A DNA stretch of 64,000 nucleotides from Spironucleus salmonicida (taxonomy: Eukaryota), in contig NC_090601.1 of NCBI RefSeq assembly GCF_000497125.1, forward strand, positions 744,001 through 808,000, read 5' to 3'. The position numbers were made by a program, and so were the translations under genes. Under the pieces are notes generated by a model that ran no database searches, was not told where the DNA came from, and saw only the letters and a list, made by a program, of their open reading frames with translations. This document shows, one piece after another, positions 50,490-63,204 of the stretch. Position 1 is the stretch's first letter, and every line of letters begins with the position of its first letter.

Positions 50490-50705
50490 TCACTTCCGCG
50501 CCCACTGCGCCAGCCACCGCCAGGACCGCGATCACGATGCCCCCGGGTAGCTTGTTGGATGAAGACTCCTGGGCAGGTAGGAGGCAGAAGGACCCGACCT
50601 TGGTGAATTCGGAAGCGCAGTCCTCGCACTTGGCGTCCTTGAGAAGGTAGCCGTGAAAGTGGCGGACGGGGAGTCGAAGCAGGTGAGCTGCAAAAGGGGG
50701 AGCAC
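50490..50705 (-). pseudogene. chimeric fragment, copy B
   Basis: Reverse complement of 57890-58105. Confidence 0.8.
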
Positions 50706-51111
50706 TTGATTCTGTAAAGTGGCCCTACTCGTTCAGATTAAGAGGGTGAGCCTCGTCTGGTGGAAAATGTTATAATGACGTTTAGTGTATATTGATTAGT
50801 AGGTAATGAATAATAATTTGGAATAAAAGTTTATATTGAAGGGTATAATAATTAATAATAGAAAAATAGTATACAATTACTAAACCAAAAACTTCAACTA
50901 TATAATAGTACGTATACAAGAAATAGCATTTTTATGTTCTAAGCCAGCGGATTAGTGTTGAGATTAGGTTCAATTAGCTTATATTAGCAAAATATAAATA
51001 TTGATGGCGCCTACTAGTAAGCTACTATTCTTAATTGGCTCCACACAAAATTGAGTAACCCGTTAGAGCTAACGGACTCTAGCTTATCTGAGGTTTCCCA
51101 AAACTACTAAA

Positions 51112-52164
51112 TCACTTCAATTATTGCTTCCTAGCCTTCTTGAGGAAGTACAATAGAATACAATTGCCCACACCGCATATGACCACCAAGGCTGCGATAG
51201 TGATGGCCGTGATCTCCCCGCCAGAGATACCACCAAGAGCGGCCTCCTCGGATGACTTGAAACAGAACTCTCCTATCTTAGTGTAGTTACTTTTGCATTC
51301 CTCACATTTGCCTTTCTTAAGTACATAGCCTGGCAGGCAGGTGCCGCAGGTTTTGGGGGCCTTGGTGGTGCATTTACTGTTAGCAAATGTGAAGTTTACA
51401 GTATCTATGCAGCCTGTGCAGGCATCAGGGGATCCTGATTAGCAGCTGCAGAACTTGTTAGCGCAGTTGTTGGGGTCAGGCTTCGGGGGCTATACGACAG
51501 GGCAGGTGAAGCAGTTCTTTGCTACTCCACAATTGCAGGCAGTCTGCTATCCTTGACCTCCACATGGAACATTTTTTGTACTAACGCATGCTTCGTTGGC
51601 ATTTATAAGATCACATTCTTTAGAGCAGGTATAATCGGTGTTCAGCTCATAATCATGATTGCAAGCCGTGCATCTATCGGCACTGGTGCAGGATTTACAG
51701 TTCGTTTCGCAATTATTACATCTGTTCCCTGCTTGCAAAATATTGCAGAACTTACTGTCACCCTTACATGGAGTATCGGCATCGCACTCGTCCTTGTCGC
51801 ATTTGGTGTCCCTGATAACGAAGCCGTCGTTACATACTGTGCAGGTTTCACCATCGTTATTACATGTTTTACAGTTCGCTGGACACGCCTTGCAGGCACT
51901 AGAGTCCATTACATAACTATCATTGCAAACTGTGCAGGTTTCAGCTGCGGAACAGGTCTTGCACCCGGGGGAGCAGGCCGAGCACTTATCGGTGTCCAGG
52001 AAGAACTCTGGTTGGCAGGCTGTGCAGGTAGCTAGAGCGTCCTTAGTACAGGTCTAGCAATCTGCAGCAGTGCATTTTAAGCAATCTTATGTCTCATCCG
52101 TAGCTTCCGTAGGACAAACAAAGCCTGCAGGACAAGGAGATCCCGAAGTGCAAGTTTCTGTCAT
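51112..52164 (-). CDS. cysteine-rich membrane protein, type c (350 aa)
   Basis: MTETCTSGSPCP...KKARKQQLK*; mirror of 56431-57483. Confidence 0.9.
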
Positions 52165-52498
52165 TTTGGGGTGGTATGAAAATGTTATTTTTTATACGAA
52201 ACTCATACTCAGAATCCTACTTTTAAATAGGTATATAATATAAATACGAAAATTTTGAAACGTATTGTTACCTTATTAGGTGTATATTACTATACTAACT
52301 AAAAATAGTAATATCTCCAAAAACTGCTTTGGAAGGATATTTTAGGATATTGGATATTCTGGGACATAATTTCATATTACCATATATCTAAAATAAAACG
52401 GAGAGCTGAATCTGCTTTAATGTCATAATAATATAATATGCAATTTTTAGAAACCCTTGCTGTATTGTATCGGCTAAGTATATGATGTTAGAATACCC

Positions 52499-53443
52499 TC
52501 ACTTCCGCGCCCGCTTGACGAAGTAGTAAGCCAGACCGCCGCCCACTGCACCCACCACCGCCAGGACCGCGATCACGATGCCAGCCACGGCGCCTCCGGA
52601 GAGCTTGTTGGATGAAGACTCCGGCACGGGTAGGAAGCAGAAGGTCCCGACCTTGGAGTACCCAGGGGCGCAGTCCTCGCACTTGGCGGCATTGAGGACG
52701 TAGCCGGGCAGGCAGGTGCCGCAGGCGGTGGGGGCCTTGGGTTTGCACTTTGCTGAATCTAAAGTGTAGTTGGTGGAGTCAATGCAGCCAGTGCATACTC
52801 CTTTAGCTCCATCAGCACAGGTGCACAGGGGGTCGTCGCAGGTTCCTGGGGCGGGTACGGGAACGACGGGGCAGGCGAGGCAGTTCTTGGCATCAGCGCC
52901 ACAATTGCAGGCGGTCTTCTGGTCTGACACACCGCACGCGACTCCGGCTGCACCGGCACATGCCTCGTTTACCTTGGGGTCGGCGCACTTGGTGGTGCAG
53001 GTCTGGTCGGTGTTCATCTCGTCGGTGCCCTTGCAGGTGGTGCACTTAGTGAGGCTGCTGCAGTTAACGCACGGTTCTACACAGTTTACACAAATGTTTC
53101 CTACTGACTTGATCTAGCAGAACTTACCATTAGCACAATTATTTGTATCATCGCACTCGTTTACGATCACACCTTTGACCACACAAACATCAGCCTCACT
53201 TTCATATCCTTCGATACACACCCTGAACTTATCAACAGAATCGCAAGTAGCGCAGTTACCAGAACAGGCAGTGCACCCGTTACCTTCCAGAAAGTACGTG
53301 GACTCGCCTTATATCAGTACGAGTAAACTGAAAACGCGCGCACGACGCTTTTCGCACTTTTACTACCCCTCCTTAACTGATATAACGCTCAAAAATTCCG
53401 CAAAAACGAAATCCGCTCCCTCGAAGTCGACCCCAAAAGTCAT
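52499..53443 (-). CDS. 5'-truncated CRMP with a possible replacement N-terminus from the junction DNA (314 aa if ATG 53443 is used)
   Basis: CRMP homology ends near 53300 (..[13 protein letters not shown]..); frame stays open to AAAAATG at 53443 ([12 protein letters not shown]...); tail VKRARK*. Confidence 0.6.
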
Positions 53444-54224
53444 TTTTACGCGCCCTGCGAATAGTCAAATTTTCACCTCTAGAACCGCGTAAACTGCACT
53501 CCTGACCGATATAACCCATACACTGCTTATTAGCATTAATATTTGCTAAACACGCTCAGCCAAAGCGATAACGAGCACCCGAAAATTTAACATGCTGGAA
53601 ATCGCAGTTTGCGCAGTTCCTAGCAGGCCGAAACGCGATTTTCACGCGATTTGCAGCGCTTTAGCACGTCAAGTTTCTGGCTGAAACTGGAAATTATGAG
53701 TGCCAGAATGCGACGATTTCGCTGCGGGTTTCTCGCGTTTTGGAAGGGAAATTGAAGTTTTTAGTATGATATAACGGGCACCTCCGCAATTCGGTGAGAC
53801 TGGAGATTTCAGGGCTGAGAAGACAGTATGATGCTAGATAGGCAAAATAAGGAATATTCGTATTCTCTGTCGGAACGGTTCAGCGCGTAACGGGTAATAG
53901 TGCAATGGTGTAATGCAGAGTAGTAGTTAATATGCATGATAATACAGGTTAAATGGTGAGAAATGTGCTTCTGAAGTTAAATTGTGGTGGTGAAGGGCGT
54001 GTAAGGGGCGTTTGTGAGGCCAGCGGTTTCGGTTGTGGAAGATAAAATTAGATTACATGATAAAATAGGCAGTATTAAGAAAACGGGAGATGAGTTGTCA
54101 GTAGGTTTAGTCTGCCAAGGAGTGATAACAGGTAATGAGTAAATATGTTTTAGGTGGACAGGGGCAGGCAGTTAGAGTGGTGTCAATAAGTGCGCAGGAA
54201 TTAAGGCAAATGAGGTATGGAACG

Positions 54225-54633
54225 CTGCTGGCGGGGCTGATGCCAAGAACTGTCTCGGTTGTCCCGTCGTTCTCGTACCAGATGCAGGAGCATGCACCGA
54301 TTACCTGTGTACCTGTGATGATGGAGCTACAAATATATGACCGGTTGCATTGACGCTACCAACTCCACTTTAGATTCAGCAAAGTGCAAACTTAACGCCC
54401 CCACCACCTGCGGCACCTGCCTGCCCGGGTACGTCTTCAAAGAGAATAAGTGCGAGGAATGCGCCCCTGGCTACTCCAAGGTCGGGGACTTCTGTTTTAA
54501 TGACGTAGACCCATCCTCCGCCAACAAGCTATCCGGGGGCGCCGTGGCGGGCATCGTGATCGCGGTCCTGGTGGTGGTGGGCGCAGTGGGCGGCGGTCTG
54601 GCTTACTACTTCGTCAAGAAAGGTAAGCAGTGA
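54225..54633 (+). pseudogene. 5'-truncated, frameshifted CRMP fragment
   Basis: [13 protein letters not shown]...[10 protein letters not shown], then a 1-nt loss at ~54338 (ATATGACC vs GTATGCAC in paralogs); tail KKGKQ*. Confidence 0.75.
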
Positions 54634-54974
54634 GGGTATTCATATACGCCAGTGCGGAGCGTTCCGCGGGCAGCTTCAGAGCATGCATGGGCGCACACCA
54701 GCCCAGCGGGGGGCAGGGCGGCTCCCGTCTGGTGGCCTGGCGGGCGAGTATATTAGCCAATATACGTAATTTCAAAACCACTCCAAAAACGGTTTCAACA
54801 ATTTGAGTGATTCGCGACAGGATAATTAGGTAGGCTATCGTGATTGTATTACTATAATAATACTCTGCAAACCACAATATTATGTTCGAATCTTTATACT
54901 TGCACTCTGCGTTGTGGTGTATATAAGTATCCGCGCATGTCCTAGGCGTGAAGTCGAATTCCCACTCCACCAAA

Positions 54975-56096
54975 ATGCCAGAGACGTGCAAAACTGGTGC
55001 AGATTGCCCAGACGGCTTTGTTTGTCCAGGAGAACTAACTTCTATGTCATAGGACTGCGCCAAGTGTACGGTAGCCGGTTGTAAGACCTGCACTAAGGAC
55101 GCTCTGGGCACCTGTACGGAATGCTTACCTAGGTTCATTTTAGATGGTAGCGCATGCAGCGCCTGTTCCGCGGGGTGCGGCACTTGCACTTCTAGCACCG
55201 TTTGCACAAACTGTGACGACGGTTTCATGTTGAAGGATACTGCGTGTACCGCCTGCTCCGCCGGCTGCAAGACCTGTACTGCCGCTGATACCTGCACAGT
55301 TTGTAACGACGGTTTCGGACTTGCCATTGGTGCCTGCAAAGCGTGTCCGGCGAACTGTAAATAATGTGATGCTGGTGGGACCTGCTCGGCGTGCTACGAT
55401 GGATTCGTTATCAAGGGCACTAAATGCGACAAAGACGAGTGCGATGCAGAGACTCCCTGTAAAGCTGGAAAGTTCTGCAGTATGTTGGCAATAGGGAACA
55501 GATGCACTGATTGCTCTGGCGATTGCGGCAACTGCAGCAGCGCAACCCAGTGCACCACCTGCAAGAATACTCATGAGATGAACACCGACTAAACCTGCAC
55601 CGCACCTTGTGCGAATTTACCTGTAAATAAGGCCTGTATAAGCTCTGCTGCCGCCGACTGTGGAACTGATAAATAGCAGACCGCATGCAATTGCGGTGTT
55701 ACCGCCAAGAACTGCCTCGCCTGCCCCGTCGTTCCCGTACCCGCCCCAGGAACCTGCACCGACCCCCTGTGCACCTGTGCTGAGGAGGACAAAGAAACCT
55801 GCACTGGCTGCGTTGACGCTACCAACTACACTTTAGATTCAGCAAAGTGCAAACTTAACGCCCCCACCACCTGCGGCACCTGCCTGCCCGGGTACGTCTT
55901 CAAAGAGAATAAGTGCGAGGAATGCGCCCCTGGCTACTCCAAGGTCGGGGACTTCTGCTTTAATGACGTAGACCCATCTTCATCCAACAAGCTCTCCGGG
56001 GGCGCCGTGGCGGGCATCGTGATCGCGGTCCTGACGGTAGCTGGCGCAGTGGGCGGCGGTCTGGCTTACTACTTCGTCAAGCGGGCGCGGAAGTGA
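54975..56096 (+). CDS. cysteine-rich membrane protein, type b (373 aa)
   Basis: [12 protein letters not shown]...VKRARK*; start and stop in the same frame in code 6. Confidence 0.9.
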
Positions 56097-56430
56097 GGGT
56101 ATTCTAACATCATATACTTAGCCGATACAATACAGCAAGGGTTTCTAAAAATTGCATATTATATTATTACGACATTAAAGCAGATTCAGCTCTCCGTTTT
56201 ATTTTAGATATATGGTAATATGAAATTATGTCCCAGAATATCCAATATCCTAAAATATCCTTCCAAAGCAGTTTTTGGAGATATTACTATTTTTAGTTAG
56301 TATAGTAATATACACCTAATAAGGTAACAATACGTTTCAAAATTTTCGTATTTATATTATATACCTATTTAAAAGTAGGATTCTGAGTATGAGTTTCGTA
56401 TAAAAAATAACATTTTCATACCACCCCAAA

Positions 56431-57483
56431 ATGACAGAAACTTGCACTTCGGGATCTCCTTGTCCTGCAGGCTTTGTTTGTCCTACGGAAGCTACGGATG
56501 AGACATAAGATTGCTTAAAATGCACTGCTGCAGATTGCTAGACCTGTACTAAGGACGCTCTAGCTACCTGCACAGCCTGCCAACCAGAGTTCTTCCTGGA
56601 CACCGATAAGTGCTCGGCCTGCTCCCCCGGGTGCAAGACCTGTTCCGCAGCTGAAACCTGCACAGTTTGCAATGATAGTTATGTAATGGACTCTAGTGCC
56701 TGCAAGGCGTGTCCAGCGAACTGTAAAACATGTAATAACGATGGTGAAACCTGCACAGTATGTAACGACGGCTTCGTTATCAGGGACACCAAATGCGACA
56801 AGGACGAGTGCGATGCCGATACTCCATGTAAGGGTGACAGTAAGTTCTGCAATATTTTGCAAGCAGGGAACAGATGTAATAATTGCGAAACGAACTGTAA
56901 ATCCTGCACCAGTGCCGATAGATGCACGGCTTGCAATCATGATTATGAGCTGAACACCGATTATACCTGCTCTAAAGAATGTGATCTTATAAATGCCAAC
57001 GAAGCATGCGTTAGTACAAAAAATGTTCCATGTGGAGGTCAAGGATAGCAGACTGCCTGCAATTGTGGAGTAGCAAAGAACTGCTTCACCTGCCCTGTCG
57101 TATAGCCCCCGAAGCCTGACCCCAACAACTGCGCTAACAAGTTCTGCAGCTGCTAATCAGGATCCCCTGATGCCTGCACAGGCTGCATAGATACTGTAAA
57201 CTTCACATTTGCTAACAGTAAATGCACCACCAAGGCCCCCAAAACCTGCGGCACCTGCCTGCCAGGCTATGTACTTAAGAAAGGCAAATGTGAGGAATGC
57301 AAAAGTAACTACACTAAGATAGGAGAGTTCTGTTTCAAGTCATCCGAGGAGGCCGCTCTTGGTGGTATCTCTGGCGGGGAGATCACGGCCATCACTATCG
57401 CAGCCTTGGTGGTCATATGCGGTGTGGGCAATTGTATTCTATTGTACTTCCTCAAGAAGGCTAGGAAGCAATAATTGAAGTGA
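56431..57483 (+). CDS. cysteine-rich membrane protein, type c (350 aa)
   Basis: MTETCTSGSPCP...KKARKQQLK*. Confidence 0.9.
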
Positions 57484-57889
57484 TTTAGTAGTTTTGGGAA
57501 ACCTCAGATAAGCTAGAGTCCGTTAGCTCTAACGGGTTACTCAATTTTGTGTGGAGCCAATTAAGAATAGTAGCTTACTAGTAGGCGCCATCAATATTTA
57601 TATTTTGCTAATATAAGCTAATTGAACCTAATCTCAACACTAATCCGCTGGCTTAGAACATAAAAATGCTATTTCTTGTATACGTACTATTATATAGTTG
57701 AAGTTTTTGGTTTAGTAATTGTATACTATTTTTCTATTATTAATTATTATACCCTTCAATATAAACTTTTATTCCAAATTATTATTCATTACCTACTAAT
57801 CAATATACACTAAACGTCATTATAACATTTTCCACCAGACGAGGCTCACCCTCTTAATCTGAACGAGTAGGGCCACTTTACAGAATCAA

Positions 57890-58105
57890 GTGCTCCCCCT
57901 TTTGCAGCTCACCTGCTTCGACTCCCCGTCCGCCACTTTCACGGCTACCTTCTCAAGGACGCCAAGTGCGAGGACTGCGCTTCCGAATTCACCAAGGTCG
58001 GGTCCTTCTGCCTCCTACCTGCCCAGGAGTCTTCATCCAACAAGCTACCCGGGGGCATCGTGATCGCGGTCCTGGCGGTGGCTGGCGCAGTGGGCGCGGA
58101 AGTGA
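57890..58105 (+). pseudogene. chimeric fragment, copy C
   Basis: Matches 18031-18246. Confidence 0.8.
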
Positions 58106-58482
58106 CCTAGTATTAGAATGAATGTTTCCACTTTTACAAATTCCTTCAACAAAACTTAAATCTCTTTACCCAACCCTAATATATACTACAAATGACTTTA
58201 TAATTTTTACTCCAAATATCGCTAACCTAAATTGATTATTGCGAGAAAAATGCGTTGTTCTATCAATAATAGTTGTTGTCACTCCATTAGAATCATTTTC
58301 AATGGAAACAGTAAAATTTAGTTTCGCTATGATAGCCTTTTATTTTACGATAATAAGTATATTTAATATACACTTTTTACTATCTGGATTCTATTATTTT
58401 GCACCTAAAAATACATTTTCGCAAGTATTAATATAGGCAAGCCTATAAATTTTACTGGTTCTTCACTATTACGCAAGACTCA

Positions 58483-60012
58483 ATGCTCCACCTTTTGCAG
58501 TTCACCTGCTTCGACTCGGCCCCCTCCGCTTTCACGGCGCAGCCACTGGCGTTACAGTCCGCCATCTGCCGCTACCTGGACGGCCGGTTCGCGGTTCCCA
58601 CCCTCACGTTGGGGCGAACGGTGTTCGTCGCCAGCAGCATCGCCTTCTCGGCCACGAGCCCGCTGGTGCTCCGCCTCGAGTGCCCACCGCCCTCTGCACT
58701 GCCGCTGGATGCAGATAGCTGCCGCGCGTGCTAGCAAGGTCGGCAGCGGGCGTGCCAGGATGCGGCCCTGGCCTCCATAGCGAGTATCCAGTTCGACTTC
58801 CACGCCGAGCAGGTCCAGATGGCGTTCTCGCCCGGCATCTACCTGGTGCAGTCGCTTGACGCGCGGAGCTGCCTGCTCGGCTACACTATTCGCTACTTCC
58901 CCGAGAAGATAGTCTTCACCGGGCCCCGTTCCTCTGCCTGCTGCAGCTTTCCGACGCCGTGAGGGCGCTGATGGCGCGCAGGAAGTGCAAGCCCCCGATA
59001 GGGAGCGTGCCCCAGGACTGCCCGTGGGTGCAGCTCGTCGTGAACGGGGAGGTGCTCAACGTGGCGAACAGCAATCTGGAGAGCGCGGTCCACTTCCAGC
59101 TCGCGGTCGCGGTGGAGAGGAATACCGGAAAGACCGCCGCAGTCGACATGCCGGTCGCCTCTGCCACCTACCTCACCGGTGAAGCGCTGGTAGAAGAGCT
59201 AGAAGGTGACGCCGACTGCTACTCGGTCATCTCGCTGAGCGCCTTCCAGGACCATGTGAACGTCACCTTCGCCGCCAACGCGGGTGCGGTGAACTGCCAG
59301 CAACACGTCTACGACCGCGCTCTGCTGCAGATCCAGGGCGTCACGACGCAGTTTTACAAATTGGTCAGCGAGGTGCCCAGCCTGCCAGAGTGGAACGGGA
59401 GCGTAATACTGAATACTGCGAATGCGGAGAACGCCACCGAGTTCGGCGGGAACCTCACCATCGCGCTGGACGGCAGGCGGAGCGCCTAGTACCTCTATAT
59501 CTAGTATACCAGGGAGGATACCACTCTACTTGAAGAAGACTCCAAGATAAGCGACACAGGGGATGTACCGCAGCCCAACCCTAATTTTGTTCGACCGTTC
59601 CACTTCCATAGCGGCCCAGCCGATCCCCTGGGTGGACCGAAACCAGACCATCTCTGTGACAATGATCGCGGTGTCCCCTACTAGTTCGTGTGGGAGCAGC
59701 GGCCTTCAGATGTAGGCGGGCAGTACTGCTACGAGATAACTAATGTAAAATCGAACGAACTAGCTGCACGAGAAACCGGCGGCGCTGTATGTGACCATTG
59801 ACCATAAGTTCCTGGCAGATAACCTAGTTCTAAGCGCCCGACTTCCATAAATCTACTGGAAGCAGATCCTGGTTGTGCTTATCGGTGCGACATGGTTTAG
59901 TTTTAAAATAGCTGTACTCGGGTATGCGATCGTGGAAAGCCCTGTAGGTAAAAAGATAGGTGAAGAAGGCGCAGCTGATGTTAAATGGGTGATAATATTT
60001 GATTTTCTGTGA
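58483..60012 (+). pseudogene. frameshifted membrane-protein pseudogene, copy C (105-nt internal deletion)
   Basis: Paralog of 18624-20259; track ORF is 176 aa against 211 aa. Confidence 0.8.
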
Positions 60013-63000
60013 CCTTCAGAGTCTTTAGTGAGGAGGAAGGATGTTTGATACCAGATATCAGGAATAAATAGAATGGGTATCATTGATGGAAAGCAGTAAG
60101 TGTGATAAAATAGCTCAGAGTCAGAGTACCAGAAGGGGGAAAGGATAGCTGCAAATATATGATATTGGAGAAAATATTAGGTTGATCATGATGTGAGGGT
60201 GAAAGTTATGGCTTGGAACAATTTACTAGAAAGGCTAATAAACTTGATCTCGCAGAAATTATGGTAGGCCTGATGCTTGAGAGCCAGCTATTTAGGCTGT
60301 AGAGATTGCTCAAATAGGGTATAAATAGTAAATTATAGGCTAAATGGGATGGCTAGTTATGCGATTTGCTTGAGTTTGCATTAGATAATTAGATGATAGT
60401 TCTATGATTATACTAATGCATATTTACGGATAAAAATATCGCTTTAACGCAACATTGCAAGCAAATGATCTTAGTACACAAATTGAGCCAAAATTTCCAA
60501 GATAGAATCTAGATTCATGCTGCACTAGCGCGCAACACGATTGTACTCAGGAACAATAACAGCCACAAGTTTTTCATCTACCCAATTGCAAATATGACAA
60601 TATTCAGTTCATTGGTCGAAAAGTGAGCTGGAACACATAGCACCTTACCCAGAAACCTTATATGCCTAATAGCTAGAAGAAAACCGCAAAATAGCTAGCA
60701 GAGGTTTCATTTTTACGAATGAAGTGGAAAATTTATTACTTATGGTACAATATACTCTAGAGCATCAATTCGGCAGCGCGCGAGTCATATCCAGATGGTA
60801 TCGAAATCAAGCCATTTAGACGCACGTTCCATAATTATAATATGCAATATTGATCGTAATATGGGTATTCTTAGTATTTCCCAAATCTACTAAACGCCTT
60901 GCCAGCCCACGGCGTCCTCTTTTCCACCCTCCGGACGCGTAACACCCGGCGAGTCGCAGCTGTGTCCAATATACCCAAATCGCAATTATGACCCTCCAAC
61001 CACCCTGCATCACCCAGTTACACCAGACCGTCCAAAATCCTCCCGTCGCTCCCCTGCACACCCAAAACCAGAAACCGCAAAAACTCCAGAAAATGCTGTC
61101 TAGTTCATTCCGTTCCGCGCTCCGAGCACCTGCTAAGAGAACGTCGCTGAATCGCTTCCATGGGCGGCATTTGCATGATCGCTCTTCGTGGTGACCAGAT
61201 ACGATAACCTCTAATAAACTAACCAGCAGCGTCTGCAGCTGAAGCTTGTAATGACTATTTAGAGTGGCGGAGATTGTAATTAATAGATACGATAGTTTAT
61301 GTGGAAGGGAAAAGATGCCGAGTTGGAAGTGCACAAACTGCTCAAATTGACGTAAATCGTGCATTGCACCCGCCAATGCGCCGCATTAGCATGGAAATGC
61401 TAGAAAGAGTTCTCGGTTTGATGCTAAAAAGTGTCTGTGCAGGTCGAATTCAGAGGGAAATGCTGGCTGCACTTTCGTGACGCTCAGTCTAAATTTACAG
61501 TTTTCTTGCTTTCAGGTTAATTGGAGCGGAGTTGGTTTTGTGAGATAAGAAGAGGGCAGGAGAGCGCGGTACGGATTCTGGGAATTTCGAGGTCCTATGT
61601 GCGCTTTGGAGCGGAGTTCGAGATAAAATTTAATATGCTTTATCAGACAGTTCTGGAATTGCTGGGTTGATAATATTACTTGTATCTGAAGTTCTGCCCG
61701 TTGGGGGAACTAATAAAACACTACCTTCTGGAACTTACTTACTGCTGTAAGGCATATAAATAACATGATGGCGCCAATTTAATAGCTTTCAGCACTACCA
61801 ATCCACCAGGTTAAAATAAGCTTTCCTCAGTTAAAAATAATCCTAATGCTCCATTTGGTAGTAACTTGAATTTTATCACGTGCGTAAAAGTGCACATATG
61901 TAAGTATCTTCCCTCAGTAGCGCATCTCTCATGCCTGCAACGCTTAGCCCATCGTGGATACGCTTCGAGCAAATCGGTAGCTTTTAGTCAGAAAAATAAA
62001 TCTACCCATTTTTGGATGAGATACAGGATATGCCTTACATTCCTTCTACACCTATTTAGTGAATCATAACTGCACTTCCCAAACTATCACGGTACGATGG
62101 ACCTTGAAAGGAGGGTGCTTATCTAGGGCAGTACCAGGAGCCGGTTGGAGGGTTTAAATAATGTTTGACGTGAGATTAGAAAATTAGCATAGTAGTACAC
62201 AGCCTATCGCATGCAGCTAATCAGCCAATTTGGTAAAATTGCAGTGGAGAGCCACATAAATTTTAAAGCAGCAGTCGCAACCTGCACGCCTGGAATTTAA
62301 GTTATGTGAAAAGATAATATAATGACTTTGATTGCTATGCTATCAAATTATTGCAGCTGCTGGGCGTCAGAAGGCATGGCAGTAGAGAATGGAAAATACC
62401 AAATATGAGAAAATGTTTATATAGTATATAATACAAGTATACTTTATCTCGCAGAATGACTGCTGGCTAACTGGGAGCCGAAGTGGTTCTGCGGCCTTGG
62501 CGATGCTGCAGTGGTGCTGAGTTGATTATGAGGTTAGTGGAAATGAAGCTGCAGATGGTTCGGGAAAATGTGCTCCGCTGCGAACACGGCTTTGGCCACC
62601 CGTGCGACCAAGTAGGGAGGCGCTGGTAGGGTGGTGCTGTAGATGGGAAAGGAAGCACAGTGGGGTAAACTGACCTGCTGATTAGTTTCGAGGCGCTGCA
62701 ATATTTTAGATGCACCGATTCAGCGATCGTCTATGTAGCGATAGCTGGTGGGCTGGCTAGTTTCTAAGCCTTTAACTGAACTTGAAATGTTTAACTATAT
62801 GTGCTCCTTGTGGCTAGTGGGCCAAGTATACTCAATTTACGTACCTGAATTCCAACTCCTACTACCCTCCCCATTTTCCCAATGTTGTTGCACGCCTTAT
62901 CCGCGAACTTGTTTCCACCTAATATGTGCACATTAGTGTGTATTTCTGCATAATACCTGTTTTTGGTATTGTGATGTGAAAGTAATTTGGTATTATATAT

Positions 63001-63204
63001 TATACTCACAACTTATGCAAATTATATTACATTTTATATATCATTAATTAATGCTATTCGTTATATTAATATAGTTTTTCTGAAGTAATAAAGCGGACAA
63101 TAAGGTAATAATATTAACTTTTATTTTTTGCAATTATCTTCAGGTATATAATTAACTAATATAGGGATTTTTTTTGAAACTGTATCTTTATTAAAACACC
63201 AAGA

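Larger units (their letters stand above)
44020..52600 (-). repeat. cassette copy B (inverted); left arm of a large palindrome
   Basis: Mirror coordinates with copy C sum to 108594-108595 (50112+58483, 52164+56431, 47779+60816). Ends approximate. Confidence 0.92.
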
